This document shows, piece by piece, positions 27,873 through 37,072 of a stretch of DNA of 64,000 nt. Numbering within the stretch: the first letter of the stretch is position 1; every line of letters begins with the position of its first letter. Source of the DNA: Dehalococcoidia bacterium (lineage in GTDB: Bacteria > Chloroflexota > Dehalococcoidia > Lucifugimonadales > Australimonadaceae); NCBI GenBank assembly GCA_965116015.1, contig OZ220477.1:781704-845703 (forward strand), read 5' to 3'. The translations under genes were made by a program, and so were the position numbers. The notes beneath the pieces were generated by a model. The model was not told the origin of the DNA. It was given only the letters and a program-made list of their open reading frames with translations, and did not search any database.

Positions 27873-28010
27873 CCTGCGGACGCGCGAGCAAGAGCGGGCG
27901 TCTGCAACTGCCCGCCTCCACCCCGCGCGACCCGGAAAATCCCCGCCATCTTATGCCCCCGCGCCCCCTCCGGCAACAGCCGCCTCGCGCCCAGAACAAC
28001 CCAACCCCCC

Positions 28011-28395
28011 GCGCAGAGTAGGGTAGCCCCGACGCACACCGGCCTCGACACTCCAGGCAGCCCCAACCCCCCGCAGAGTAGGGCAGAACGCCCTGCAAGC
28101 CCCCGAATCCCCAGCCAACCCCCCAGCGTGCGCAGGGGAGGGGTAGAACGCCCCGCAAACCCCGCGAACCTCCACGCCAACCCCCAGCCCCCGCGCAGGG
28201 TAGAGGTGTGCGCCTGAACTGGGAGCCGCCAGCAGCGCCCAACCTCAGCGCGCAGGGTAGGGCGGAACGCACTGCAAACCCCCAGCGTCCCAAGCCAACC
28301 CCAGCGCCGGGGTAGGGCAGAACGCCCTGCAAGCCCCCGAATCCCCAAGCCAACCCCCAGCGCACGCAGGGCAGGAGTAGAACCCCCAACAGCCG
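28011..28395. repeat. Tandem array, ~7 copies of a 57-63-bp unit carrying a GCAGGGTAGGGCAGAACGCCCTGC hairpin
   Basis: Units start near 28011, 28071, 28129, 28192, 28250, 28307 and 28364. The best-conserved units are 28071 and 28307. Confidence 0.85.
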
Positions 28396-28415
28396 CCTCC
28401 TGCTCAGACGCCCCC

Positions 28416-29291
28416 TCAGCCCCCCGACAGATTCGGCTCCCCCGACGAAGTAACCTCCCACCAATTCCCGTTCAGATCCGCCAGCACGAACCACGCCTCC
28501 CCGAACTCCTCCTGCGGCTCCCGCAGCTCCGCCACACCCTCCCCCAAACGACCCAGTGCATCGTACGCCTCCAGAACATCCGCCCGGCTCCCCACCTTCA
28601 ACGTATAACGATTCACCGAACGCAACCCCGCCCGCTCCGCAGACGGCAGCACAACAATATACCACGGCCCAGACGCCCCCCCAATGTACGTCGAGATATT
28701 CCCGCCCCCCACAATCTCCAGCCCCAGAACCTCCGTAAAGAACCGATTGCTCGACTCCTTATCCACGCGCTGCATCGTCCCGTGCGACAACGCCTGCGGC
28801 GTATAACCCCGACCCGGAAAACGCCCCGCCGGCAACTCCAGCCCCCAATGCCGCGCCGCCACCCGCCGCCCATGCTCCGACGCCCTCGGGTTGTAATACT
28901 CAATCTCTATCGTATTCCCGCCCGGCTCATCCACATACACCGAATACGCAAAATGACTCCCGCGCGGCCCGTCGATATTCGTCAGCCCATACTCATCCCC
29001 ATGCTCCCGCAGATACGCCGCCGCCGCATCAATCTCCCTATGATCCGCAACCCGATACCCATAGTGATTCGCATGCGGCTTCCTCGGAGCATCCTCCCCT
29101 CCCTCATGCACAACAAGACCCCATCCCGTATTCGGATGCCTCACCACCGCCGCCCCCGCCCAGCGCCCCTCCACATCGCACGCCAGCAGATCCGTAAACA
29201 CAGGCAGCGTCTCATCCAAAAACCGACACTCATAGTGCCCATACGTCAACCCCTCAGGCCTTAACAGCGCCATCCCAACGCCTCCCAACAC
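28416..29291 (-). CDS. Two-domain VOC (glyoxalase/extradiol-dioxygenase-like) protein
   Basis: 291 aa with two beta-alpha-beta-beta-beta modules (HANHYGYRV...; LSHGTMQRVD...). Start may instead be M7. Confidence 0.65.
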   Translation of the reverse strand: MLGGVGMALLRPEGLTYGHYECRFLDETLPVFTDLLACDVEGRWAGAAVVRHPNTGWGLVVHEGGEDAPRKPHANHYGYRVADHREIDAAAAYLREHGDEYGLTNIDGPRGSHFAYSVYVDEPGGNTIEIEYYNPRASEHGRRVAARHWGLELPAGRFPGRGYTPQALSHGTMQRVDKESSNRFFTEVLGLEIVGGGNISTYIGGASGPWYIVVLPSAERAGLRSVNRYTLKVGSRADVLEAYDALGRLGEGVAELREPQEEFGEAWFVLADLNGNWWEVTSSGEPNLSGG

Positions 29292-29636
29292 AGAATCCCC
29301 ACGCCCCGAATACTACTCCCCCGCAAACAACCCCCGCCCCCGATCGCCCCCGCCCCCTAGACGAACGCATCCTGACTCGGCCCCCTCCCCCAAGCGCCCC
29401 CCCCTGAACGAAACGCCGCCTGACGACCTCCTCGCCCCCGACCCCGCCCGCTCGCCCGGACGAGACCCGCCCGCGCCATCCCCCGCCGCAAGCGAACCTC
29501 TCGACCCCTCCCGCCCCCGCCAAGCGAAACCCTCGCCGCCTCCCGCCCCGATCGCCTACCCCCACCCTCCGGTAGACGAAAACCCCGCCCCAGAGCCGCC
29601 CCCCTCCCACCCTCGCGCTGCGCTATCCTTACCCCT

Positions 29637-30437
29637 ATGACCGAACTCGCCGAACGCCTCGACCTCGCCATCCGCCTCGTCCGCGAAGCAGGACAACTCG
29701 CCATCTCCTACTACCAGCGCCAGAACATCGGACTCAACTTCAAACCCGACCGCTCACCCGTAACCCGCGCCGACACCGAAGCCGAACAACTCATGCGACG
29801 CATCCTCGACTCCGAATGCCCCCGCGACGAAATCTCCGGCGAAGAACTCCCCCTCAAACAAGGCTCCTCCGGATACCGCTGGCTCCTCGACCCCATCGAC
29901 GGCACCGAATCCTTCATCCGGGGCGTACCCCTTTTTGGCGTAATGACAGCCCTCGAGCACAAGACAGAACCCATCGCCGGCGCCATCTGCTTCCCCGCCC
30001 TCGGCGAAATCATCTACGCCGCCAAAAACCACGGCGCCTGGTGGGCAACCGCAATCGGCAAACCCCAAAACCCCCTCCAACCCCAACCCGCCCGCGTCTC
30101 CTCCGTCTCCCAACTCTCAAACGCCACACTCCTCTCCACCGCATTCCACCACTTCGCAACCATCCGCAAAGCCCGCGCCCTCCCCAAACTCCTCTCATCC
30201 GTCGCAAACGCCCGCGGATGGTCCGACTGCTACGGACACTACCTCGTCGCCACCGGACGCGCCGACATCATGATCGACCCCCTCATGAAAATCTGGGACA
30301 ACGCCCCCCTCCTCCCCATCATCGAAGAAGCCGGCGGACGCTTCTCCTCACTCGACGGCCAGCGCTCCATCCGAGCCCCCAACGCCCTCTCCACCAACGG
30401 ACTCCTCCACAACGCCGTCCTCGACGCCCTCCAATAG
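29637..30437 (+). CDS. Inositol monophosphatase family (HisN-like) phosphatase
   Basis: EEL..., WLLDPIDGTESFIRG and the WDNAPLLPIIEEAGG motif. Confidence 0.85.
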   Translation: MTELAERLDLAIRLVREAGQLAISYYQRQNIGLNFKPDRSPVTRADTEAEQLMRRILDSECPRDEISGEELPLKQGSSGYRWLLDPIDGTESFIRGVPLFGVMTALEHKTEPIAGAICFPALGEIIYAAKNHGAWWATAIGKPQNPLQPQPARVSSVSQLSNATLLSTAFHHFATIRKARALPKLLSSVANARGWSDCYGHYLVATGRADIMIDPLMKIWDNAPLLPIIEEAGGRFSSLDGQRSIRAPNALSTNGLLHNAVLDALQ

Positions 30438-30757
30438 AGCGCCCCGACCCCGCCCCAGCCGGAGCTCCCCAACAGCGAACCCATCGCCCGCCCCCCTAAC
30501 GCACGACGGCCAGCCCCCCCAGCCGCTCCCCCAACCCCTCCCCCCAACGGACTCCTCCACAACCCCGTCCTCGACGCCCTCCAATAGAGCGCCCCGACCC
30601 CGCCCCAGCCGGAGCTCCCCAACAGCGAACCCGTCGCCCGCCCCCCTAACGCACGACGGCCAGCCCCTCCCCCAGCCGCTCCCCCAACGCCCTCTCCACC
30701 GACGGACTCCTCCACAACCCCGTCCTCGACGCCCTCCAATAGAGCGCCCCGACTCAG
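30376..30757. repeat. Tandem ~150-155-bp repeat (2.4 copies) that includes the last ~60 nt and stop codon of the IMPase gene
   Basis: AACGGACTCCTCCACAAC.CCGTCCTCGACGCCCTCCAATAGAGCGCCCCGAC starts at 30396, 30546 and 30701. Confidence 0.85.
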
Positions 30758-30928
30758 CCCTCCAACCCCCAGCCCCTCACGCCAGCCCGCCGCCCGATTG
30801 GCAACCTGCCGCCCCTACGCCTGAAGTGCCCCCACCACCACCGTGCCGTGCCCCGCCAACCCTCCGCCCAATTACAGCCCACCGTCCCCCCGCGCCAGAC
30901 CCCCACCCCACCCCGCGCCCACCCCGCG

Positions 30929-31471
30929 CTAGAACGCCCCCCACAACCACCGCCACCCCTCCCGAACAACATCCACCGCCCGATAATCATCCAGCCACCG
31001 CCCCCCGTGCAGCGCATACTCCTGCGCCCCCTTCAGAGCTGCCACGAGCGCAAGCCACAACAACGACCGACGCAGCGTAAGCGCATACCCCGGCGCAAAC
31101 CGGCGCAAACCCGCAACGAACACGAACCAAAACTCAAACACATTCGGAAACGCCAGCAGCAGCCACCGCGCCCCCGTAACCTCGAACCCCGCCACCCCCA
31201 CAAAACGAAAAACGAACAACCACACAGCGATCGAACGCGCAGAACCGCTCCACCGCAGCGACGCCCACAGAAACGTCCCCATATACAAAACGTCCAACCG
31301 CTTATCGAACGACTGATAATCCCGAACGCCCCCCAGATCCAGCAGATTCATCAAGAACAGATCCGAAAAATCGACCGCAACCGCAACCACCGCCCCTGCG
31401 AACGCCCAGCGCAGCACAGGCAGCGCCCCTGCCGCCCGCGCAACAGCGATAACCAGCTCCTCCGCCGTCAT
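30929..31471 (-). CDS. Polytopic membrane protein, family unknown
   Basis: Internal start MTAEELVIAVARAAG. The upstream part of ORF 30929..31654 is just translated repeats (RRCCMRRAR x3). Confidence 0.55.
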   Translation of the reverse strand: MTAEELVIAVARAAGALPVLRWAFAGAVVAVAVDFSDLFLMNLLDLGGVRDYQSFDKRLDVLYMGTFLWASLRWSGSARSIAVWLFVFRFVGVAGFEVTGARWLLLAFPNVFEFWFVFVAGLRRFAPGYALTLRRSLLWLALVAALKGAQEYALHGGRWLDDYRAVDVVREGWRWLWGAF

Positions 31472-31518
31472 ACCCCCCGAGGATACGGCAACCCTCCCCA
31501 GTGAGGTGCCGGTAGAGA

Positions 31519-31780
31519 GCCGAGCCCTCCGCATACAGCAGCGCCCACGATGTTCCCGCTCACCGCATCCCCCTTCACGCCGAGCCCTCCGCATACAGCA
31601 GCGCCGGAGTACGGAAAGCGCGCCCCCCAGCGACGCAAGCCGAGCCCTCCGCATACAGCAGCGCCCCTCTCAGGAGCGCATGGAGTGCCTACGGCCGAGC
31701 CCCCCGCATACAGCGGCGCCCCCGTGTATGTGGCTCTCCTGATGCGCGGGACTGACGCCTCCCCGCACACAGCAGCCCCG
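31519..31780. repeat. CRISPR-like mini-array: 27-nt direct repeat x4 (+1 degenerate) with unrelated 28-36-nt spacers; no cas genes in window
   Basis: GCCGAGCCCTCCGCATACAGCAGCGCC at 31519, 31579 and 31639, one variant at 31694, and a degenerate copy near 31757. Spacers are 33, 33, 28 and 36 nt and show no mutual similarity. Confidence 0.4.
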
Positions 31781-31962
31781 CCCGCAACCGCCTGCCCCGC
31801 GCTCCCCACAGCCCACTCCTGCCCTTGCGAATACCCCCACCCTCAACGCCCCCGCCCCGCGCTCCCCCAATCGCCCCGCACCGAACGCTCCCCCCGCGCC
31901 CCACAACCCTTGCCCCTGAAACCCATCCGGCGTAGCCTTCTCCCGCCTCAGGAGAACGTCCA

Positions 31963-32745
31963 ATGAACCAAACTCGCAAGCGCGAACTAGCCCAGGAAAT
32001 GCAAACCCTCGCCCAGCGCTTCTGGAACGCCGAAGCCGAAATCTGCCGCCAATTCTGGAGCGTCCCACGATCCCCCGCCGAACAAACCCCCTGGCTCCGC
32101 CTACAGGTCTACAAAGAAATGCACGGCTCCGGACTCTCAGCAAACCCCGGAGGCATCATCCAGGGACTCATCCACAAACTCGACCGCAACCTCCCCCTCG
32201 CCCAAACCCAACAACAACGCCGCAACCTCGAACGCGACATCCAAGTCCTCCGCGAAGAATTCACCCACTACCGCCTCTTCGCCGACATCCTCGAAGAAGC
32301 CACAGGCGAACCCGTCCGCATCCAGAACCTCCCCCAATGGCAACTCCCCCAAGACGCCGAACTCCAGCGCATCCGGCAGCAAGCCCGCCAACAACACGGA
32401 CACATCGGCGAAGCAGCCATCGCCTTCACCGAAGGCGGAGGCGCCGCCTTCTTCCAAGAAGGACGCAACATCAGCGGCGACCCCCTCTCCCAACGCATCG
32501 CCGACGCCTGCGCCATCGTCTACAACGACGAAACCGAACACGGACAACACGGCGCAGCCCAATTCCAGCACAACCTCCACACCGAACAAGAATGGGCCCA
32601 AGCCCGCGCCCTGGTCATCGACATCTGCCGCCAGCGGCTCCGAATGCGCTACGAAATGTTCGCCCTCCCCATCAACGAAACCCGCATCAACCAAATCGCC
32701 AACGCCCAAACCAACCCCTCTCCCCAATCACCACCCTCCCCATAA
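31963..32745 (+). CDS. Ferritin-like (putative di-iron) protein
   Basis: 260 aa, helical, with two E-x-x-H motifs (REEFTHY and DETEHG). Confidence 0.5.
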   Translation: MNQTRKRELAQEMQTLAQRFWNAEAEICRQFWSVPRSPAEQTPWLRLQVYKEMHGSGLSANPGGIIQGLIHKLDRNLPLAQTQQQRRNLERDIQVLREEFTHYRLFADILEEATGEPVRIQNLPQWQLPQDAELQRIRQQARQQHGHIGEAAIAFTEGGGAAFFQEGRNISGDPLSQRIADACAIVYNDETEHGQHGAAQFQHNLHTEQEWAQARALVIDICRQRLRMRYEMFALPINETRINQIANAQTNPSPQSPPSP

Positions 32746-32785
32746 CAAGCGGGTGCCCATTTTTGAATGTCCAAGGAGAAGAGGA

Positions 32786-33238
32786 ATGATGCGCGCCGTC
32801 GCCAGTCTGCTAACGATTGCCAGCGCGCTAGCGTTGGCAGCTGCCTGCGGAGGCGATGACATCGCTGTGGCCTCCAACGCGCTGGATTGCAGGACAATGG
32901 AATGGTCACCGGATGAGTATTCCCGATACCGATTGGAGTACCGAGGGTTCATCCTCTGGCATGGCTCCCTTGAATGGGATGCCCCTTGGGCCATGGTAGG
33001 CGCATCCCCATACTTTGCGGACTTCCTTTCCGCTAGAGACACCAATTTAATGACACCCTTTCCAGACTCCGGACTCACTTCCCCGCATACTGCTAAAAAC
33101 TGGGCATGCGCAACAGCGGACAAGATTGCTCGTGCTTGTAGTCACCTAAAGACTGATCATCGGTGGCCTTGGTGGGAAAAACGGTCAAAGCTCTATGTCT
33201 ACTGTGCATCCGATATTACAGACAATCACCCTTCGTAG
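32786..33238 (+). CDS. Lipoprotein, family unknown, in a compositionally foreign patch
   Basis: MMRAVASLLTIASALALAAACGG lipobox with AAGGAGAAGAGG RBS. Codon usage lacks the local C/A bias. Confidence 0.6.
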   Translation: MMRAVASLLTIASALALAAACGGDDIAVASNALDCRTMEWSPDEYSRYRLEYRGFILWHGSLEWDAPWAMVGASPYFADFLSARDTNLMTPFPDSGLTSPHTAKNWACATADKIARACSHLKTDHRWPWWEKRSKLYVYCASDITDNHPS

Positions 33239-33532
33239 AGGGCAACCTCCCCAAACCCAGCGCCCCCCGCGGCGCAAGCTCCTGCCGCGTCGCCCCTAGC
33301 CAGCCCATCGCTCCCAGAGCCAGCCGCCCGCAACAAACCCACAACAGCCAGGCTGCCCCGAACCTTGAGACGCCCCCTCGCGATCCTCAAGCTCCGGAGC
33401 AGCGAACGACCCCGCAACGAAAACGCCCCCGCCCGCCGTAGAGCAGAGGCGCCTCTCCCGCCCCTTTCGCTATACTGATGCCGCGGCCTCCCGCAGTGCT
33501 GGAGCAAACCAACACCCCTCAAGGATGAACCA

Positions 33533-33760
33533 ATGGACGACCGAACCTGCGCAACCTGCATCTACCTCGACAAGCAAGCCTCCCCGCCGCAGGCCGGCTA
33601 CGGAAGCCACATAGGACGATGCCGCTGCAACCCCCCGCTCCTCCTCGACGGTGGAGGCGGCGGCGGAGTATGGCCCCTGGTGAGCGCAACCGACTGGTGC
33701 GGCGAATGGGACGACGGCCTCGACGACGACGACTACGAGGACGAAAACGACGAAGACTAA
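33533..33760 (+). CDS. Small Cys-rich protein with poly-acidic tail (75 aa)
   Basis: C-x2-C ... C-x-C ... WCGEW pattern followed by DDGLDDDDYEDENDED. Confidence 0.45.
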   Translation: MDDRTCATCIYLDKQASPPQAGYGSHIGRCRCNPPLLLDGGGGGGVWPLVSATDWCGEWDDGLDDDDYEDENDED

Positions 33761-33771
33761 CGCCGCCCCCC

Positions 33772-34853
33772 CTAAACCCGAGGATCCCCCCTGAACGCCA
33801 GATAGTGATTCCCCTTCGACACCGCACCCAAACCCGTCACCGCCCGCGACCACGACTCCCCACCATCCTCCGACCACAACACATCCCCGTCCGACGTCGC
33901 AGCTAGCGCCTGAACGCCGCCCCCCGACTCCTCCAGCGTCATCGCCTCCACGCTCGCCGTAAGATCCCCCTCCAACCCAGCCCCCCTCAGCCTCTCCCAC
34001 GTCTCTCCCCCGTCCCGGCTCCGCGAGATCCGCGTCGACGCCGTCCCATCACGATGCCAACTCCCCGGACTCTTCTGCCCAGCCGTAACCAACATATACC
34101 ACGGATCGCTCGGCTTATACACCAACTGATCCGGATACCCCCCAAACTCGCTCCCCCGCCCGAACACATTCACCCACGTAACCCCATCATCCCGCGACAT
34201 CCACAAACCCTCGCCACCCGTCACAAACATCCGCCCCGGATCCAACGGATTCGACACCAACCGATGCACATCGTTGTACATCCCCGAATCTCCGTAAACG
34301 TATCCCCCCCATCCGTCGACCGGTACAACCCCCCCTGCTCGATGCTCGCATACACCGTAGACGCATCCCCCGGACGAAAACTAATATGCTTCAGATGCGC
34401 AACATGCGGCGGCGCAGGAAACCGCCACGCGCTCGTCTCCTGAGCCCCCAGCGCCGGCTTCTCACTCCACGTCCCTCCCAGATCATCGCTCACGAACAAC
34501 CGCGCCGGCTCCGTCCCCGCAAACAACCGCGTCCTCCCCCCAACCTCCGCCGTCGACAAACTATAAACGTTCCGCTCCGTAAGACCCTCGTCCCGCCTCT
34601 CCCAACTCCGCCCATCATCCTCGCTCGCATACACCCCCCCGTACTGAACCCCGCAGAACCACATCCCGCTCCGCGGATCCTGAACCAGCGCATGGATATG
34701 CCTTCCCTCCAGCGTCCGCTCCACAGCCGACCATCCCCCCGCATCGCGCACGATCCGCACAACCCCATCGACCGTCCCCACCAGCGCCTCCACGCTCAGC
34801 GACGACGACACAACCACATTCGACCCTCCCCCATGTGAAACCCCAATAGTCAT
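33772..34853 (-). pseudogene. BNR/beta-propeller paralog with a 1-nt frameshift (or assembly error)
   Basis: ORFs 34221..34853 and 33772..34281 join as ...DGGDTFTEIRG / MYNDVHRLV, colinear with DGGETWREAREGIHPDIHGL of the 19923 paralog. One base is missing in a C4 run at 34282-34285. Confidence 0.65.
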
Positions 34854-34937
34854 AACCTCACATCCCTTTCCCTAATCGTTCCCTAGCCCAATCGACCCCT
34901 AGCCCAACTGCCGCCTCTAGCCTCCCGCAGTATGGTG

Positions 34938-35720
34938 TCAGGACGGAGAACTCCGAAAGCAATCGAGGCAGCGGGGCCTTTTCATGCTCGTCTTCCGCTC
35001 CTTGCCGCACGAGTGGCAATACTTCTCCTCATAGTCGTAATTCTGGTACTCGTTCCACGTCTTGTAGTGCTCCAGGCAATAAGGCCTATCCGGATTGAGA
35101 GCAAGATCTCGCCTGCACCGAATGCAGTACCCGCCCGTGCTCGCCGGCGCTCTAGGCGCGCTCCTCCTCGACCTCGCCGCAGGCGCCCGCTCGGAAGCAG
35201 CCGGGCGAGCCGCCGACTTCGCAGGAGCAGGGGAGACAGCAGCCCCCGACCGCTCAGCGCGCTCCCGAAGCCTCTCGACATAGCGGTCCAATTCCCTGTA
35301 GAGCTCCCCATGCTGCGCCTTCTCAACCCGAACCCCAAGCTCCCGGGCGTTATTGAAGGACGACTCAAGCAGATTCATCGAAGTCGCCAGCGCCGTCGAT
35401 TCATTCATATAAATCTTGGCGTGGAGCCACTTAACCGGATAAACAGTCGCCCCCTCGCCCTTCAGCCACGCCACGCCCTCATCCTGCGTCTTCTCGGCGC
35501 GATAGAAAATCTCAAATCGCAGCCCCTTCCGATTCAGAGCATCTCCGAGGAGCCTCGCCAGGTGCTCGTGATGCTTGTTATATGGAGACACCAGGTAAAG
35601 ACGCTCCTTCGCCTCCTTGATAACGTCATACACAGCCTGCTGCACATCCTCATCGAACAAGAACTGCGGCGGCCGACCCTCATCCCCAACGCTGGATGCA
35701 GACTTCCTGAAAGGAACCAA
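34938..35720 (-). CDS. PLD-superfamily (single HKD, Nuc-like) nuclease with C-terminal zinc-ribbon region
   Basis: HKD-like WLHAKIYMNESTALATSMN. C-terminus CIRCRR...CLEH...CHSCG...CLDC. Probable TTG start at 35720, 5 nt after AGGAGG (the ORF track starts at 35780). Ordinary, unskewed codon usage. Confidence 0.65.
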   Translation of the reverse strand: MVPFRKSASSVGDEGRPPQFLFDEDVQQAVYDVIKEAKERLYLVSPYNKHHEHLARLLGDALNRKGLRFEIFYRAEKTQDEGVAWLKGEGATVYPVKWLHAKIYMNESTALATSMNLLESSFNNARELGVRVEKAQHGELYRELDRYVERLRERAERSGAAVSPAPAKSAARPAASERAPAARSRRSAPRAPASTGGYCIRCRRDLALNPDRPYCLEHYKTWNEYQNYDYEEKYCHSCGKERKTSMKRPRCLDCFRSSPS

Positions 35721-35809
35721 AGCTCGCCTCCTATGCCTCTGCTTGACCGTATCCCCTCGCCCCCGCCCACCTCCCCCCAACAGGGGAGGAGGGCAGGGCG
35801 CCCCCCAAC

Positions 35810-37072
35810 CTACCGATCGATCCTACGCTCCTCCAGAACCTCCACCTTGTACTCCGCATCGTACTCCGCCGGCATCTCCACCTGGCGCGACAACTCAACC
35901 TGCTTATGCGTCCGCGTTGACTCATTGATCGCAAGCCCAACCTCCAGCGTCGCCATCCCCCACGCCCCGCTATGAAACACCGGACGCCCAAGCCGCACCG
36001 CGTTGTACAACTCCTCCAACTCCTGATCCCGATGCAGCGGATCAGAATCCACAATCAACTCCGTCAACCCATCATCCGTATACCTGTACAACCCCTCCGG
36101 ACCCTGACGCAGCTCCCCAAACTCGCAACTCACAATCACGATCCCCAGATCATTCGGCTTCCACCGCTCCGGACCATGCTCCCGGCGGAAAAACTGCCGC
36201 TCACCCTCCCCCCCGATCCGCAACGACAACTTCTCCTCATCCTCAGGACGCGTCCCCGCCGCCATAGCCCTCCGGATACTATTCCGCTCCCCCGGCGTAT
36301 ACCGCGTATTCGCATCACCCCACGGCACAAGCTCCGACGCCACAAAATACCCATACCCATTGTGGATCGCCACACCCGTAACCCCGCTCTCAAACTCCAG
36401 AAACGCCGCATAGTACCCCGGAATAGACCGATACTTCATCCACTGACCATAAGCCCCCCGAACACTCCTCGCCTTCCCTCCCGCGATCAAACGAATGCTG
36501 TCGATCTGATGCGGAGTCTGACGATACACCAACCCTCCCCCCTGATCCGGATCAAGCTCATCCGCCGTCCGCGGACGTATCACCCAATCCGTATACGCAA
36601 TCGCATTCACCGCCCCAAGCTCCCCCAACTCCCCCGACGCCACAATCTGACGCATCAACCTCACATGCGGCTGGAAACTCTGCGTATGCCCCGCCACCAG
36701 CTTCACCCCATTCCGATCGCACGCCTCCACCATCTCCTCAGCCTGCCGAATATCCAGCGCCATCGGCTTCTCAACCACAACATGCTTCCCATGATTCGCC
36801 GCCAGCACAGTCATCGGCGCATGGAACCGATTCGGCGTCGATATCCACACCGCCTCAACATCCGGATCCCGAACAAGCCCCTCCGCGCTGTCGAAAACCC
36901 GCGCCTCCTCATACCGAGCCTTGAACCGCGCACGAACATCCGGATTCACATCCGCCCCAGCGAACAGATCGATATACGGAGCCCGCTCCATCGGAGGCAA
37001 CATCTCCGCAGCCCCAACCCCGATCCCGATCACCCCCAACTTCAGCGGCCTCGCCTCTCCTGTCGTCATCAT
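35810..37072 (-). CDS. Gfo/Idh/MocA-family oxidoreductase
   Basis: Internal start MMTTGEARPLKLGVIGIGVGA with GGAAGGAG RBS. EKPMA motif present. Confidence 0.8.
   Translation of the reverse strand: MMTTGEARPLKLGVIGIGVGAAEMLPPMERAPYIDLFAGADVNPDVRARFKARYEEARVFDSAEGLVRDPDVEAVWISTPNRFHAPMTVLAANHGKHVVVEKPMALDIRQAEEMVEACDRNGVKLVAGHTQSFQPHVRLMRQIVASGELGELGAVNAIAYTDWVIRPRTADELDPDQGGGLVYRQTPHQIDSIRLIAGGKARSVRGAYGQWMKYRSIPGYYAAFLEFESGVTGVAIHNGYGYFVASELVPWGDANTRYTPGERNSIRRAMAAGTRPEDEEKLSLRIGGEGERQFFRREHGPERWKPNDLGIVIVSCEFGELRQGPEGLYRYTDDGLTELIVDSDPLHRDQELEELYNAVRLGRPVFHSGAWGMATLEVGLAINESTRTHKQVELSRQVEMPAEYDAEYKVEVLEERRIDR

Noticed and set aside
28011-28395. Possible CRISPR array (regular ~58-bp period with a conserved hairpin).
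   Set aside because: The segments between the conserved cores are homologous to one another (…CCCCAGCCAACCCCCAGCG…). This is therefore a tandem satellite, not a repeat/unique-spacer architecture.
27811-28665. Gly/Arg/Trp-rich minus-strand ORFs over repeat regions (27811..28665, 27869..28348, 40718..41542, 40923..41546, 10510..11343).
   Set aside because: Their periodic peptide repeats simply mirror the DNA tandem repeats. They lack an RBS and sit over G-rich complements of poly-C satellites.
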